Below, piece by piece: positions 18,657-26,837 of a stretch of DNA of 30,877 bases. The notes beneath the pieces are model-generated. The model did no database searches, was not told the origin of the DNA, and saw only the letters and a program-made list of their open reading frames with translations. The position numbers and the translations under genes are program-made. Position 1 is the stretch's first letter. Each line of letters opens with the position of its first letter. This stretch comes from Candidatus Aegiribacteria sp. (lineage in GTDB: Bacteria > Fermentibacterota > Fermentibacteria > Fermentibacterales > JCC-6): positions 1-30,877 of the forward strand of contig JAWOBF010000051.1 of assembly GCA_046498225.1 (NCBI GenBank). The letters run 5' to 3'.

Positions 18657-20087
18657 ATGGCCAACCTCTCAGCACAAATGGAAGAACTCTTCGAAAGGAT
18701 AAGGGAGAACAACCTCTGGAGACAGAGGCGGTGCGTAAACCTCATCCCTTCCGAGAACACGCCCAGCCCGCTGGTGAAGATATGCGAAATATGCGATCCC
18801 GCCGGAAGGTATGCTGAACATAAGCGTATGAAAGGTAACGATGTTTATTTCTACCACGGTACCGATTTCATACGGCGTATCGAGGAGGAGGCCGTTCAGG
18901 CGATCACCGAGTATTTCGAATGCAGCCAGGCGGAGCTGAGGCCCATCAGCGGCCAGATGGCCAATCAGGTGGTCTTCGAGGCCACCACCAAGTTCGTCAA
19001 CAGGTCTACACCCAAGGGTACGTTCAGGAAACTCCGCGCGGTGATGAACAACGACCTGGGCAAGGGCGGCCACCTCTCCAGCCAGCCCTTCGGCGCCCTT
19101 TTCAATTTCGTGGACATCGACCCGGATACCGGAAAGGAGAACTGCGTAAACTTTCCTGTCATGCGGGACAATCCGTACAGAATAGACGTTCCCGCGATGC
19201 TGGAGACGGTCCGGGAAGTCCGTCCGGAGCTTGTGATATTCGGAAAGAGCATGTTCATATATCCGGAACCGGTCAAAGAGCTGGCCGACGAGGTTGCAGG
19301 CTGGGATGACAGGCCGGTGATAATGTACGATATGGCCCATGTACTGGGCATCTACGGAGCTTTTCAGGCTCCCCTCGCCGACGGCGCCGACGTAGTTACG
19401 GGATCAACCCACAAAACCTTCTTCGGACCCCAGAGGGGTGTTGTGGTCAGCAACATGGACAAGAAAACACCCCTGAGGAAACTCTGGCTGGATATAGTCA
19501 GCAGGGCCTTCCCCGGAAGCACCAGCAACCATCACCTGGCCACTCTTCTGGGCCTCCTGGTGGCTACCACCGAGATGAACGCCTTCAAGGAACAGTACCA
19601 GAAAAAGGTCCTGAGCAACGCCAGGGCCTTCGCGAAGCACCTGGCCGACAACGGTCTCTCGGTTGAGGGCGACCCGGCCGACGGTTACACCCATACCCAT
19701 CAGGTCGTGGTCAGGGTTGCCGAGCACGGAGAAGGCTCGGAGGTAGCCGACAGGCTCCAGGCCAGCAACATCATAGTCAACTACCAGGCTCTTCCAGACG
19801 ACGATACCTTCCTGTTCTCCAGCGGAATAAGGACCGGGGTCTCGGAGATGACCAGGTTCGGAATGGAAGAGGATGACTTCGGAACCCTGGCGGAGCTGAT
19901 GGCGAAGGTGATAATAAAGAAGCGGGATGTGGCCGAAGAGGTGACGGAGTTCAGGAAGAAGTTCACTGCCATGAGGTATACGCTGCCGCTGGAGGAAAGT
20001 ATCAAGCTGGCCGCGGGTGCGCTGGAGAGCGCCTTCCCCACGGGAGACTACGCCAGGCTCTTCGCCGAAAACCTCCGCAAAATGTAA
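18657..20087 (+). CDS. glyA: Serine hydroxymethyltransferase-family PLP enzyme (archaeal-type motifs)
   Basis: NLIPSEN, GRYAE, GGHLS, YDMAHVLG, GSTHKTFFGPQRG (PLP lysine), FPGSTSNHH, SGIRTG. Confidence 0.75.
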   Translation: MANLSAQMEELFERIRENNLWRQRRCVNLIPSENTPSPLVKICEICDPAGRYAEHKRMKGNDVYFYHGTDFIRRIEEEAVQAITEYFECSQAELRPISGQMANQVVFEATTKFVNRSTPKGTFRKLRAVMNNDLGKGGHLSSQPFGALFNFVDIDPDTGKENCVNFPVMRDNPYRIDVPAMLETVREVRPELVIFGKSMFIYPEPVKELADEVAGWDDRPVIMYDMAHVLGIYGAFQAPLADGADVVTGSTHKTFFGPQRGVVVSNMDKKTPLRKLWLDIVSRAFPGSTSNHHLATLLGLLVATTEMNAFKEQYQKKVLSNARAFAKHLADNGLSVEGDPADGYTHTHQVVVRVAEHGEGSEVADRLQASNIIVNYQALPDDDTFLFSSGIRTGVSEMTRFGMEEDDFGTLAELMAKVIIKKRDVAEEVTEFRKKFTAMRYTLPLEESIKLAAGALESAFPTGDYARLFAENLRKM

Positions 20088-20163
20088 CATTTCCCGTGCC
20101 GGGCCTTGAAATGGGACATTTTACCCATTTTCCGTGCCGGGCCTTGAAATGGGACATTTCCAA
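20088..20163 (+). repeat. Left end: two tandem 38-bp units
   Basis: CATTTCCCGTGCCGGGCCTTGAAATGGGACATTTTACC (20088-20125) followed by CATTTTCCGTGCCGGGCCTTGAAATGGGACATTTCCAA (20126-20163). Confidence 0.95.
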
Positions 20164-20203
20164 TTCTCCGCAAAGACCTGTGCAGGGTCTTGAATTTGCT
20201 GGA

Positions 20204-21085
20204 CTATTGGTCTGTGCGCTGATACTGGGAAGTGAAACCGGATCGAAGTATCCTGCTCACTGTTTTTCGACTGAGGTTGAGGTAACTGGATATATCATTT
20301 TGAGTGTAACCCTGGTTGTTGTAGGCCTCTATTATCATTTTATTTCTGTATTCTTTATTAAGTGCCTTTGGGAAACTGAACAACTCGCAAAGGCGCTTCC
20401 TGAACAGGTACCTCTGTTCAATCGGTATCTGAATATCGTTCATATCAATGGATGTCTTCTCCTTCAGAAATTCGATGAAATCCTCGTCTCCAAGCACTAG
20501 GTCTGCGATGACGTCGTTCATGGGAGATTCAGCGTTCATACCGTCATATACGAACTTGATGTATTTCTCACGAGCCTTTGAAAGCTCTTCATCGAACTGT
20601 GCAAGTATCCAGTCGCTTGAAAGGAATGGTATTGGGTCACCGCGAAGTGATACGGTGTATCTGTAGCTGCTCCATTTGTAATCCCCAGGATCGTCAACCA
20701 TATGTGCCCTCACTGGATTGAGCACTATATATCTGCACAATTCAAGCAGATAGCTCTCCTTCTGAACCACAATGGCTTTGAACCTTCCCTGAAAAAGGTG
20801 GCCGACACGATCGTACTTCCTGTTGAAGTAGTTGGCGTATACCGAATTCAGACGGTGTATACAGGAGGATAGGTTACCCTCGGGTGTTTCCAGAAGCATA
20901 TGATAATGGTTGGTCATCATGCAGTAGGAATGGCATATGAGATTGAACTGCTTTACTGTATCATTCAATATCTCCAGGAAGCGATATCTGTCATCATCTT
21001 CATGATATACCTCACCGCTGCAGTTACCCCTGGTAATAACATGGTACAGTGCTCCCGGGTACTCGATCCTCATCTGCCTGCTCAT
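20204..21085 (-). CDS. REP-associated-type tyrosine (Y1, HUH) transposase with C-terminal HTH
   Basis: MSRQMRIEYPGALYHVITRGN, YCMMTNHYH (HUH), GHLFQGRFKA, RYIVLNPVRA (catalytic Tyr), YKWSSY. C-terminal GYTQNDISSYLNLSRKTVSRIL HTH. Family-typical start at ATG 21085. Confidence 0.92.
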   Translation of the reverse strand: MSRQMRIEYPGALYHVITRGNCSGEVYHEDDDRYRFLEILNDTVKQFNLICHSYCMMTNHYHMLLETPEGNLSSCIHRLNSVYANYFNRKYDRVGHLFQGRFKAIVVQKESYLLELCRYIVLNPVRAHMVDDPGDYKWSSYRYTVSLRGDPIPFLSSDWILAQFDEELSKAREKYIKFVYDGMNAESPMNDVIADLVLGDEDFIEFLKEKTSIDMNDIQIPIEQRYLFRKRLCELFSFPKALNKEYRNKMIIEAYNNQGYTQNDISSYLNLSRKTVSRILRSGFTSQYQRTDQ

Positions 21086-21091
21086 ACTATG

Positions 21092-21120
21092 AGTGTATTC
21101 GAAAATCGCCGGCAGTTCAA
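21092..21120 (-). promoter_or_regulatory. sigma70 promoter giving a probably leaderless transposase mRNA
   Basis: TTGAAC (21120-21115), 17 bp spacer, TACACT (21097-21092), then 6 nt before ATG 21085. No SD. Confidence 0.65.
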
Positions 21121-21201
21121 GGGGGAGCACATATTTCAGATGATCCGTAAGAGCGCTGACTTCTTTTCAGAGCATGGGATGATCCTCGAAATACCATAAA
21201 A

Positions 21202-21281
21202 TGGAAATGTCCCATTTCAAGGCCCGGCACGGGAAATGGGTAAAATGTCCCATTTCAAGGCCCGGCACGGAAATGGGACAT
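21202..21281 (-). repeat. Right end: two tandem units in inverted orientation to the left end
   Basis: TGGAAATGTCCCATTTCAAGGCCCGGCACGGGAAATGGGTAAAATGTCCCATTTCAAGGCCCGGCACGGAAATGGGACAT is the near-perfect reverse complement of the left end. The outer unit forms a 12-bp perfect stem, ATGTCCCATTTC/GAAATGGGACAT (21245-21281). Confidence 0.95.
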
Positions 21282-21282
21282 A

Positions 21283-22692
21283 TTAGTACTGGTCGGGTTC
21301 GATGCCTCCGGGTCCGAAGTCGGGGTTCTCCACCCACGCGGTCATTATCCAGCTCTCCAGTATCGGGAAGAAAGGCGGAATGACGGTGAACAGGCCGTTG
21401 TCGTAGTCGATCTCCAGCCGGTAGCCGCTCATACCGGTGCCCAGCCTTCCCATGCGCTCCTCCATCAGTCCTCCGCTGATGGTCAGGTACATCTGGCTCG
21501 GCGGGTAGAGCAGGCTCTGATTTCGCAGCTCGCCGGAGGGCGCGGCAAGGTAGGCGGCGACGCTGAGGTTCCCCTCGGTTTGAATGTCCCAGGGGGGCGA
21601 CCAGTCCTGCGCCCCGGTATACCCGGGGTCTGCAGCTATAACGATATCACCCATGGATACTATGGCCAGGGGGCCGGACGGTCCGGCGGCCCCGCCGCGC
21701 AGGCTTCCCATGAGGTAGACATCCCCCGTGGCCACTATGGTGAGCGGAATGTTCGTCGACTGGCCGGACTTGATGTACACCGGCATGGCGCCGTTCAGTA
21801 TGTAAACCAGGTTCCGGTCCTCCCCCAGCTCCAGGACTGTCATGGGCCCCATGTTGGAGTTCTTCATAAGGAGAGTAGTCCTGTCCAGAATTATCCGCTT
21901 GACCCCGCTGACCACGGTCCCCATTCCGTAGGCCTCGCTCCTTACACTCCTGAAATGGTCCTCCACCCTCTGGAAATCTATCGGATCCGCGGCTACGTTC
22001 CAGCTGGGTGAGCCGGCCCGGTGGCTGCGGTAGGGGCGCACCCATACGGAACTCCCGGCGGGATGGGGCACCAGGGAAGGCCCGGCATCCGCGAAGATGA
22101 AACCTCCATCCGATGTGGTGGATATTTCCTGCGCGTGTGGGTCCCCCGAGGAATCCGGTGTTACGCTGCTGAAGTGTATCTCGCCGTTGGAATGGACCGG
22201 CCCGTTGACGACCCGTCCATCCTCGAAGAATCCCCCGGGAATTCCCTGTTCGACCAGAAGGGCATACCTGGAGGGGGCATCTGGAGCGTAATGGACCTTG
22301 ACGTCCATCTCCGCCGACAGGAACCTTCCACGGCTCCTTATCTCCACCCCCCTTATGGCGAAGGGGTTCTGCACGTTGTTCCTGGGGTCTATCACCACCA
22401 GGGCCCTGCCGTCCAGGCCGGGCATTTCTATCCACCCGCCGCTGTCGCCCGGCATGTAGAAGGGCTCCGTCTCCAGAGGCATGGATGTCCGAAGCGAAAG
22501 ATGATGCACCGCCAGCCTGGCGCCGGCTTCCGCCGTGAATCTTGCGGCTATCCTGTTCCTGGCATATTCGTGGCTGGTGACATTGCTCATGAACAGAATG
22601 TACACCGCGGCCACGAGGATGCTCATGACCAGCGCCGTCAGGAAGGCCACGGCGAGAGCCGCCCCGCGGCGGCTCCCGCTGGTTGTCTTCAC
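21283..22692 (-). CDS. PilX-like minor pilin (DUF4900-like C-terminal region), paralog 2
   Basis: SRRG|AALAVAFLTALVMSIL class III-like signal lacking E5, ARFTAEAG, NGPVHSNG, YDNGL...PPFFP. Confidence 0.75.
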   Translation of the reverse strand: MKTTSGSRRGAALAVAFLTALVMSILVAAVYILFMSNVTSHEYARNRIAARFTAEAGARLAVHHLSLRTSMPLETEPFYMPGDSGGWIEMPGLDGRALVVIDPRNNVQNPFAIRGVEIRSRGRFLSAEMDVKVHYAPDAPSRYALLVEQGIPGGFFEDGRVVNGPVHSNGEIHFSSVTPDSSGDPHAQEISTTSDGGFIFADAGPSLVPHPAGSSVWVRPYRSHRAGSPSWNVAADPIDFQRVEDHFRSVRSEAYGMGTVVSGVKRIILDRTTLLMKNSNMGPMTVLELGEDRNLVYILNGAMPVYIKSGQSTNIPLTIVATGDVYLMGSLRGGAAGPSGPLAIVSMGDIVIAADPGYTGAQDWSPPWDIQTEGNLSVAAYLAAPSGELRNQSLLYPPSQMYLTISGGLMEERMGRLGTGMSGYRLEIDYDNGLFTVIPPFFPILESWIMTAWVENPDFGPGGIEPDQY

Positions 22693-22729
22693 CGGGTTGT
22701 CAGTGTTCAGTTCCTCTACATTCCCTTCA

Positions 22730-24286
22730 TCATATGAGGTCAGCTCCTATGTAATTTTCATCCTCAGAATCGTCGGTCATTTCCGGCCTCTCATCCCAGT
22801 AGGCAGTGTCCCACTTGCCCGTCTGAGGGAAGTAGGGCGGGTGGGAGGACATGAGCCTGGGGTCGTAGGTGACGAAAGTGAGGTAGCCCCAGGTTTCACC
22901 GGTGCCAATATCTTCATAAGTAGTTATGTATTCCTCATTAACTATATAACCGCCCAGCATCTCGTAGTCTATGGCGTCATTGGGCCATTCGGTTTTATCC
23001 CATGCATCAGGAGTACCTACGTTCTCCAGTTTGAATTGCCCATCCAGGACCATGGACACGGCGTAGACCTTCAGCCTCTCGTAGTTCTGGTCACTGGTGC
23101 TTATGCACCAGCGTTCGTCAGACCCGTCCACCCAGTCCGGTTCCTCCGGGATCGCATCCTGCGGGTCATGGGCGATGACGAAATCGCCGTATACCACAAG
23201 AAGGCCCAGCATGTTGTTATTGTCCGGGTCGGTGAGATCGGTGTTATTGTAGAGAATAGATCCGGATATGGCCAGCGTGCCGTTGACACCTATGGTCAGG
23301 CCCATTGGGAGTCCGTGTTCTTCTGGAGGATACTCCTCCTCGGTCTTCAGGTATACCGTCTCGGTCGGCATGTTGTTCACCCAGACCACCGGATTGTCCA
23401 GGTCGCCCAGATAATACCTCTCCTCCGGGGCGAATTGTGACTGTTTCACCAGCAGGGTATCCTCGAGAAGCAGCATCCTGGTGCCGTCCTGAAGGCCGTT
23501 CAGTACCAGGCCTCCGCTGGAGGCCGCGTTGTATGTCCCCTCCCAGGAGACTTCATCGGAGCCGAAGGGTATCTCCTCGGCGCCCAGGACGAAGTAGGGC
23601 TCACCCATGAGCATCCTCTCGTAGGGCTCCATGTAGAGGTTCTTGTAGTGCGGCTCGTACGCCAGCTCACCGGACGACGTGCCGTACAGGTAGAAGTCCT
23701 CCGTGGTGGAGAAGGAGTAGAACCAGGGGTCGTCGTCCCTTCCCGGTGTACTGCTGTAAAGCATCACCTGGCTGTTGGCGTGGAAGGGACCGTCGAACCG
23801 GTAGCCGTCGCCGAAGTATCCACCCGGCGCCCCATTCAGGAAGGTGGCGTACACGGCGAAGTTCCTGGGCATAATCAGGGAGGCTATGCCGTAGTAGTAG
23901 TCCTGGTCCTCCGAGACGACCTTGGCCAGGCACCTCACCTCGTAGGCGTTGGCGCTGGATACCTGATCGTTATCATTGTCGGGGTCCACCCATACCTGGA
24001 CCCACCCCAGTCCATCGCCCAGGTCATGCCAGCTGCCGGTCTCCGGCAGCATCTGCATGGGCAATTCCCCCTGGGGGACGTCGGCGCCCCCCATTATCAT
24101 GTGCACCGCCATGTTCAGCCCGGCCTCGGCGGTGAACCTCGCCTGTATCCTCTCCTTCGCCCATCTCTGAGTGTCGACGTTGGATTTGAAGAGAACGAAA
24201 AGCGCTCCCACCAGTATGGACAGGACTATGGCGGATACCAGGACGAGCACCAGGGCGGAGCCTCTGCTGCTTCTTCTCCTCTGCAT
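22730..24286 (-). CDS. PilX-like minor pilin (DUF4900-like C-terminal region), paralog 1
   Basis: Start MQRRRSSRG|SALVLVLV at 24286 with AGGAGG. QARFTAEAGL, DGPFHAN, YDPRL...PPYFP. Confidence 0.78.
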   Translation of the reverse strand: MQRRRSSRGSALVLVLVSAIVLSILVGALFVLFKSNVDTQRWAKERIQARFTAEAGLNMAVHMIMGGADVPQGELPMQMLPETGSWHDLGDGLGWVQVWVDPDNDNDQVSSANAYEVRCLAKVVSEDQDYYYGIASLIMPRNFAVYATFLNGAPGGYFGDGYRFDGPFHANSQVMLYSSTPGRDDDPWFYSFSTTEDFYLYGTSSGELAYEPHYKNLYMEPYERMLMGEPYFVLGAEEIPFGSDEVSWEGTYNAASSGGLVLNGLQDGTRMLLLEDTLLVKQSQFAPEERYYLGDLDNPVVWVNNMPTETVYLKTEEEYPPEEHGLPMGLTIGVNGTLAISGSILYNNTDLTDPDNNNMLGLLVVYGDFVIAHDPQDAIPEEPDWVDGSDERWCISTSDQNYERLKVYAVSMVLDGQFKLENVGTPDAWDKTEWPNDAIDYEMLGGYIVNEEYITTYEDIGTGETWGYLTFVTYDPRLMSSHPPYFPQTGKWDTAYWDERPEMTDDSEDENYIGADLI

Positions 24287-24296
24287 GGTACTCCTC

Positions 24297-26822
24297 CTAT
24301 TCATTGTTTCCCCATATCTGGATGTTGTCTATGTTCCAGCCGCCGTCTTCCATACCCGGGCCGGAACTGTGGCTGAAGAGGACCCAGTAATAGACGTAGG
24401 GGCTGTCGGCCATTGCCTCGGCGAAGGCGTCGGAAAGATCGATTACCTCCGTATCCCATTCGGCATGGCCTACGCTGCTGTACTCCCTGGCCCATGGAAA
24501 GTCCCCGCTTTCTCTGGGGTACCACTGGGTGAGGTCCAGAGGGTCCGGCGGGAAGCTGTCGGTGGAGAAGCCCATGTGGACCCATCCAAGGTCGTTTCCG
24601 TTCCTTATGCATCTGTAGATGGCCAGGTTCAGGATGCTGTAGGGCAGGATGCTGTCCACCTCCCAGGCCTCCGAGAGGAGGTAGGAGGTCTCGTAGGAAT
24701 TGTACTCCCCGTCATCCTGTGTGAGGTCCTGCCCGGCGTAATGCTGGCCGTTGTACAGGGTGGGCTCGGGGTCGGGGTCGGGATAGAACATGGAGATGGT
24801 CCCTATCTCCCAGCTGTCGTTTACGCCTCCATGGGTCCACGGGCCGATGTAGCCGATGGCACCCCATGTGGTCCAGGCGTAACCCTGTTCGAACTCGTAG
24901 ATGGGGTCGACGTTGTACAGATGATGGTAGAACCAGTGGTCATTGAAGGTTGGGAACTCATGGTGGTTCCAGAACCTGAACTGTACATGCGAATCGTCCG
25001 GATAGAGACCCCATGGGTCCAGCCGTATGGAGTCCAGCGCCGTGGTGTCGCGGTCCACCAGGAGCACCATGGGATCGTCAACGACCCAGCCGTCCTGGTT
25101 GTTGGATTCCTTGTCCTCTACTCCGAAGACCCACCTTAGCCAGATGTCCTGCCCCCTGTAGTCCTCCAGGTCCACTTCCTCCATCGTCAGGACCGGTTTG
25201 GAAGGACTGTAGCCCGGACTCTTGTCTATGTAGGCGTACATTCCGGCGCCGCCGGGGAAACCGTCCTTGGTCGTGGAATGGTAGTAACCCACCAGGAGGT
25301 CCTCGTCGGGCACCTGCGTCCAGTTCACGCTGTCGGTTGAGATGTCCAGGTAACCCGCGCACTGCCTGTTCCTGGTCCAGTAGCAGTGGTAGAACCGGAA
25401 AATGGCCTGGTAGTCAGCGTCGGCCTCCGGAATGGAGACCATGGGTGAGACCAGGTAGCAGTAGGAATCCTCGCCGTAACCGGGCTCAACGAAGCTGTAG
25501 TCATCCTCGGACTCGAAGTCCTCCTCCTCGATGAGGACGCCCAGTATGTGGCTGGGACTTCCCACGTTCCACTTGATGACATTGTAGAATATCTGCCAGC
25601 CTCCCTGCGTGTACTGGGTGGCGTTGTAGGCGCTGAAGTGCACCACCCTCTTGTTGGCGTTCTCGTCCCTTACCGCGATACCGGAAAGCGGCGAGAGCGT
25701 CCCGGGGTAGGTGAGCACGGTATCGCCGGGAGTGACGTAGTTCAGGCTGTCCAGAACCGACTGCTTCCCGCCGATAAGCGTATTGTATACCTGAAAGGTG
25801 TCGTACCCCTCCGGCAAATGGCGGTTCACCGGGTGCCAGTCGTTGGCGGGGGTCATGGAATCGACGGACATCTCTATGGCCCTGTGACCCATGTCGAATA
25901 TTGCCACCGCGTCGTTGGCGTTCAGCGTCACCACCGGGATGTGCAGGGTATCCTTGTTGCCCGCGTAGGCGTAGAAGAGGGAAGGATGAGGGAAAGTGGC
26001 CGTGCTGTCCCTGTGCCGCAGGACTATCAGGTCGCACTCCTTGTTCCTGAAGTCATAGGTGCCCATCTGATGGTCGGTAAGGGGAATGACGGTGAGTCCC
26101 CAGTCTATCATCCTGTTTATCATCAGAATCTGATCGCCGTCGGGGACGGGGTTTGTGTCGGCACCGCATACGTTGAAGACAACCGTTCCCTGCAGGGGGT
26201 CGGAAGGCATGAACGCCGGGTCGATGTTGTGGTTGAGCCCCAGGTTCCGCGGGGATATGGTGGTTGAGACCTCCGTGGAGTACTCGGTGTTCCTGTAGGT
26301 GTCGGTCAGCACCAGGTGTATCTGTATGTGGCGCACCAGGTCACGATCCTCCTCGGACAGGGGCTCCGGCAGGGGGTTCCCCAGTTCGTCCAGATAGCCG
26401 AAGTCCAGGGAATCTATATTGCTGCCGATACCGCGGGAGTAGTCTCCGTGGTCGGTGACCAGGAACCTTTCATCGGAGATGGTGATGTTCCTGTAGTCAT
26501 GGTCATCCAGCGCGCCATCGCCTTCGTAGTCAGCGTAGAACTCGAACTCCGTGCTGTCCGCCAGGACCACCGGGTGCCACTCGTCGTTGCCCCACTGGGA
26601 CCCCGGCATGAAGCCGGCGTAGAGGATGATGTCCGTCACCTCCTCCAGGGCAAGCCGGCCGATGGTTATCAGCTCGTTCTGCTTTCGGGAGAAATCGAAC
26701 TCCTCGCTGCCCCTGGTGAAGAACAGGAATACGGCTCCGAAGACCACCAGGAGCACCGTGAGGACTATCATTATTTCCACCAGGGTCATCCCCCTGATGA
26801 ATCCTTTAGCGAGTTTTTTCAT
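24297..26822 (-). CDS. PilW-like prepilin (N-methylation motif) with about 640 aa of appended extracellular domains
   Basis: RG|MTLVEIMIVLTVL, LYAGF, pilin domain ending ...ISPRNL, then a long acidic/aromatic C-terminal region with two GW-x-[VI]-D-[DN] terminated modules. Confidence 0.82.
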   Translation of the reverse strand: MKKLAKGFIRGMTLVEIMIVLTVLLVVFGAVFLFFTRGSEEFDFSRKQNELITIGRLALEEVTDIILYAGFMPGSQWGNDEWHPVVLADSTEFEFYADYEGDGALDDHDYRNITISDERFLVTDHGDYSRGIGSNIDSLDFGYLDELGNPLPEPLSEEDRDLVRHIQIHLVLTDTYRNTEYSTEVSTTISPRNLGLNHNIDPAFMPSDPLQGTVVFNVCGADTNPVPDGDQILMINRMIDWGLTVIPLTDHQMGTYDFRNKECDLIVLRHRDSTATFPHPSLFYAYAGNKDTLHIPVVTLNANDAVAIFDMGHRAIEMSVDSMTPANDWHPVNRHLPEGYDTFQVYNTLIGGKQSVLDSLNYVTPGDTVLTYPGTLSPLSGIAVRDENANKRVVHFSAYNATQYTQGGWQIFYNVIKWNVGSPSHILGVLIEEEDFESEDDYSFVEPGYGEDSYCYLVSPMVSIPEADADYQAIFRFYHCYWTRNRQCAGYLDISTDSVNWTQVPDEDLLVGYYHSTTKDGFPGGAGMYAYIDKSPGYSPSKPVLTMEEVDLEDYRGQDIWLRWVFGVEDKESNNQDGWVVDDPMVLLVDRDTTALDSIRLDPWGLYPDDSHVQFRFWNHHEFPTFNDHWFYHHLYNVDPIYEFEQGYAWTTWGAIGYIGPWTHGGVNDSWEIGTISMFYPDPDPEPTLYNGQHYAGQDLTQDDGEYNSYETSYLLSEAWEVDSILPYSILNLAIYRCIRNGNDLGWVHMGFSTDSFPPDPLDLTQWYPRESGDFPWAREYSSVGHAEWDTEVIDLSDAFAEAMADSPYVYYWVLFSHSSGPGMEDGGWNIDNIQIWGNNE

Positions 26823-26837
26823 AATCTCATCACCACC

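Larger units (their letters stand above)
20083..21281. mobile_element. HUH/Y1 (RAYT-like) element with long inverted ends
   Basis: Low-GC segment (two hand-counted 60-mers: 37% and 43%, versus 65% in a flanking 60-mer). Single transposase gene. About 80-bp inverted ends at 20083-20162 and 21202-21280. Confidence 0.8.

Noticed and set aside
20096..20500. 134-aa plus-strand ORF (and the 60-aa ORF at 21201-21383)
   Set aside because: They begin inside the repeats and are antisense to real genes, so they are translations of repeat DNA.
20088..21281. 38-bp repeats as a CRISPR array
   Set aside because: Units are directly adjacent with no unique spacers, there are only two per side in inverted arrangement, and there are no cas genes.
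20075..21290. Classical DDE insertion sequence with target-site duplication
   Set aside because: The enzyme is HUH/Y1, not DDE, and I see no convincing direct repeat outside the inverted ends.
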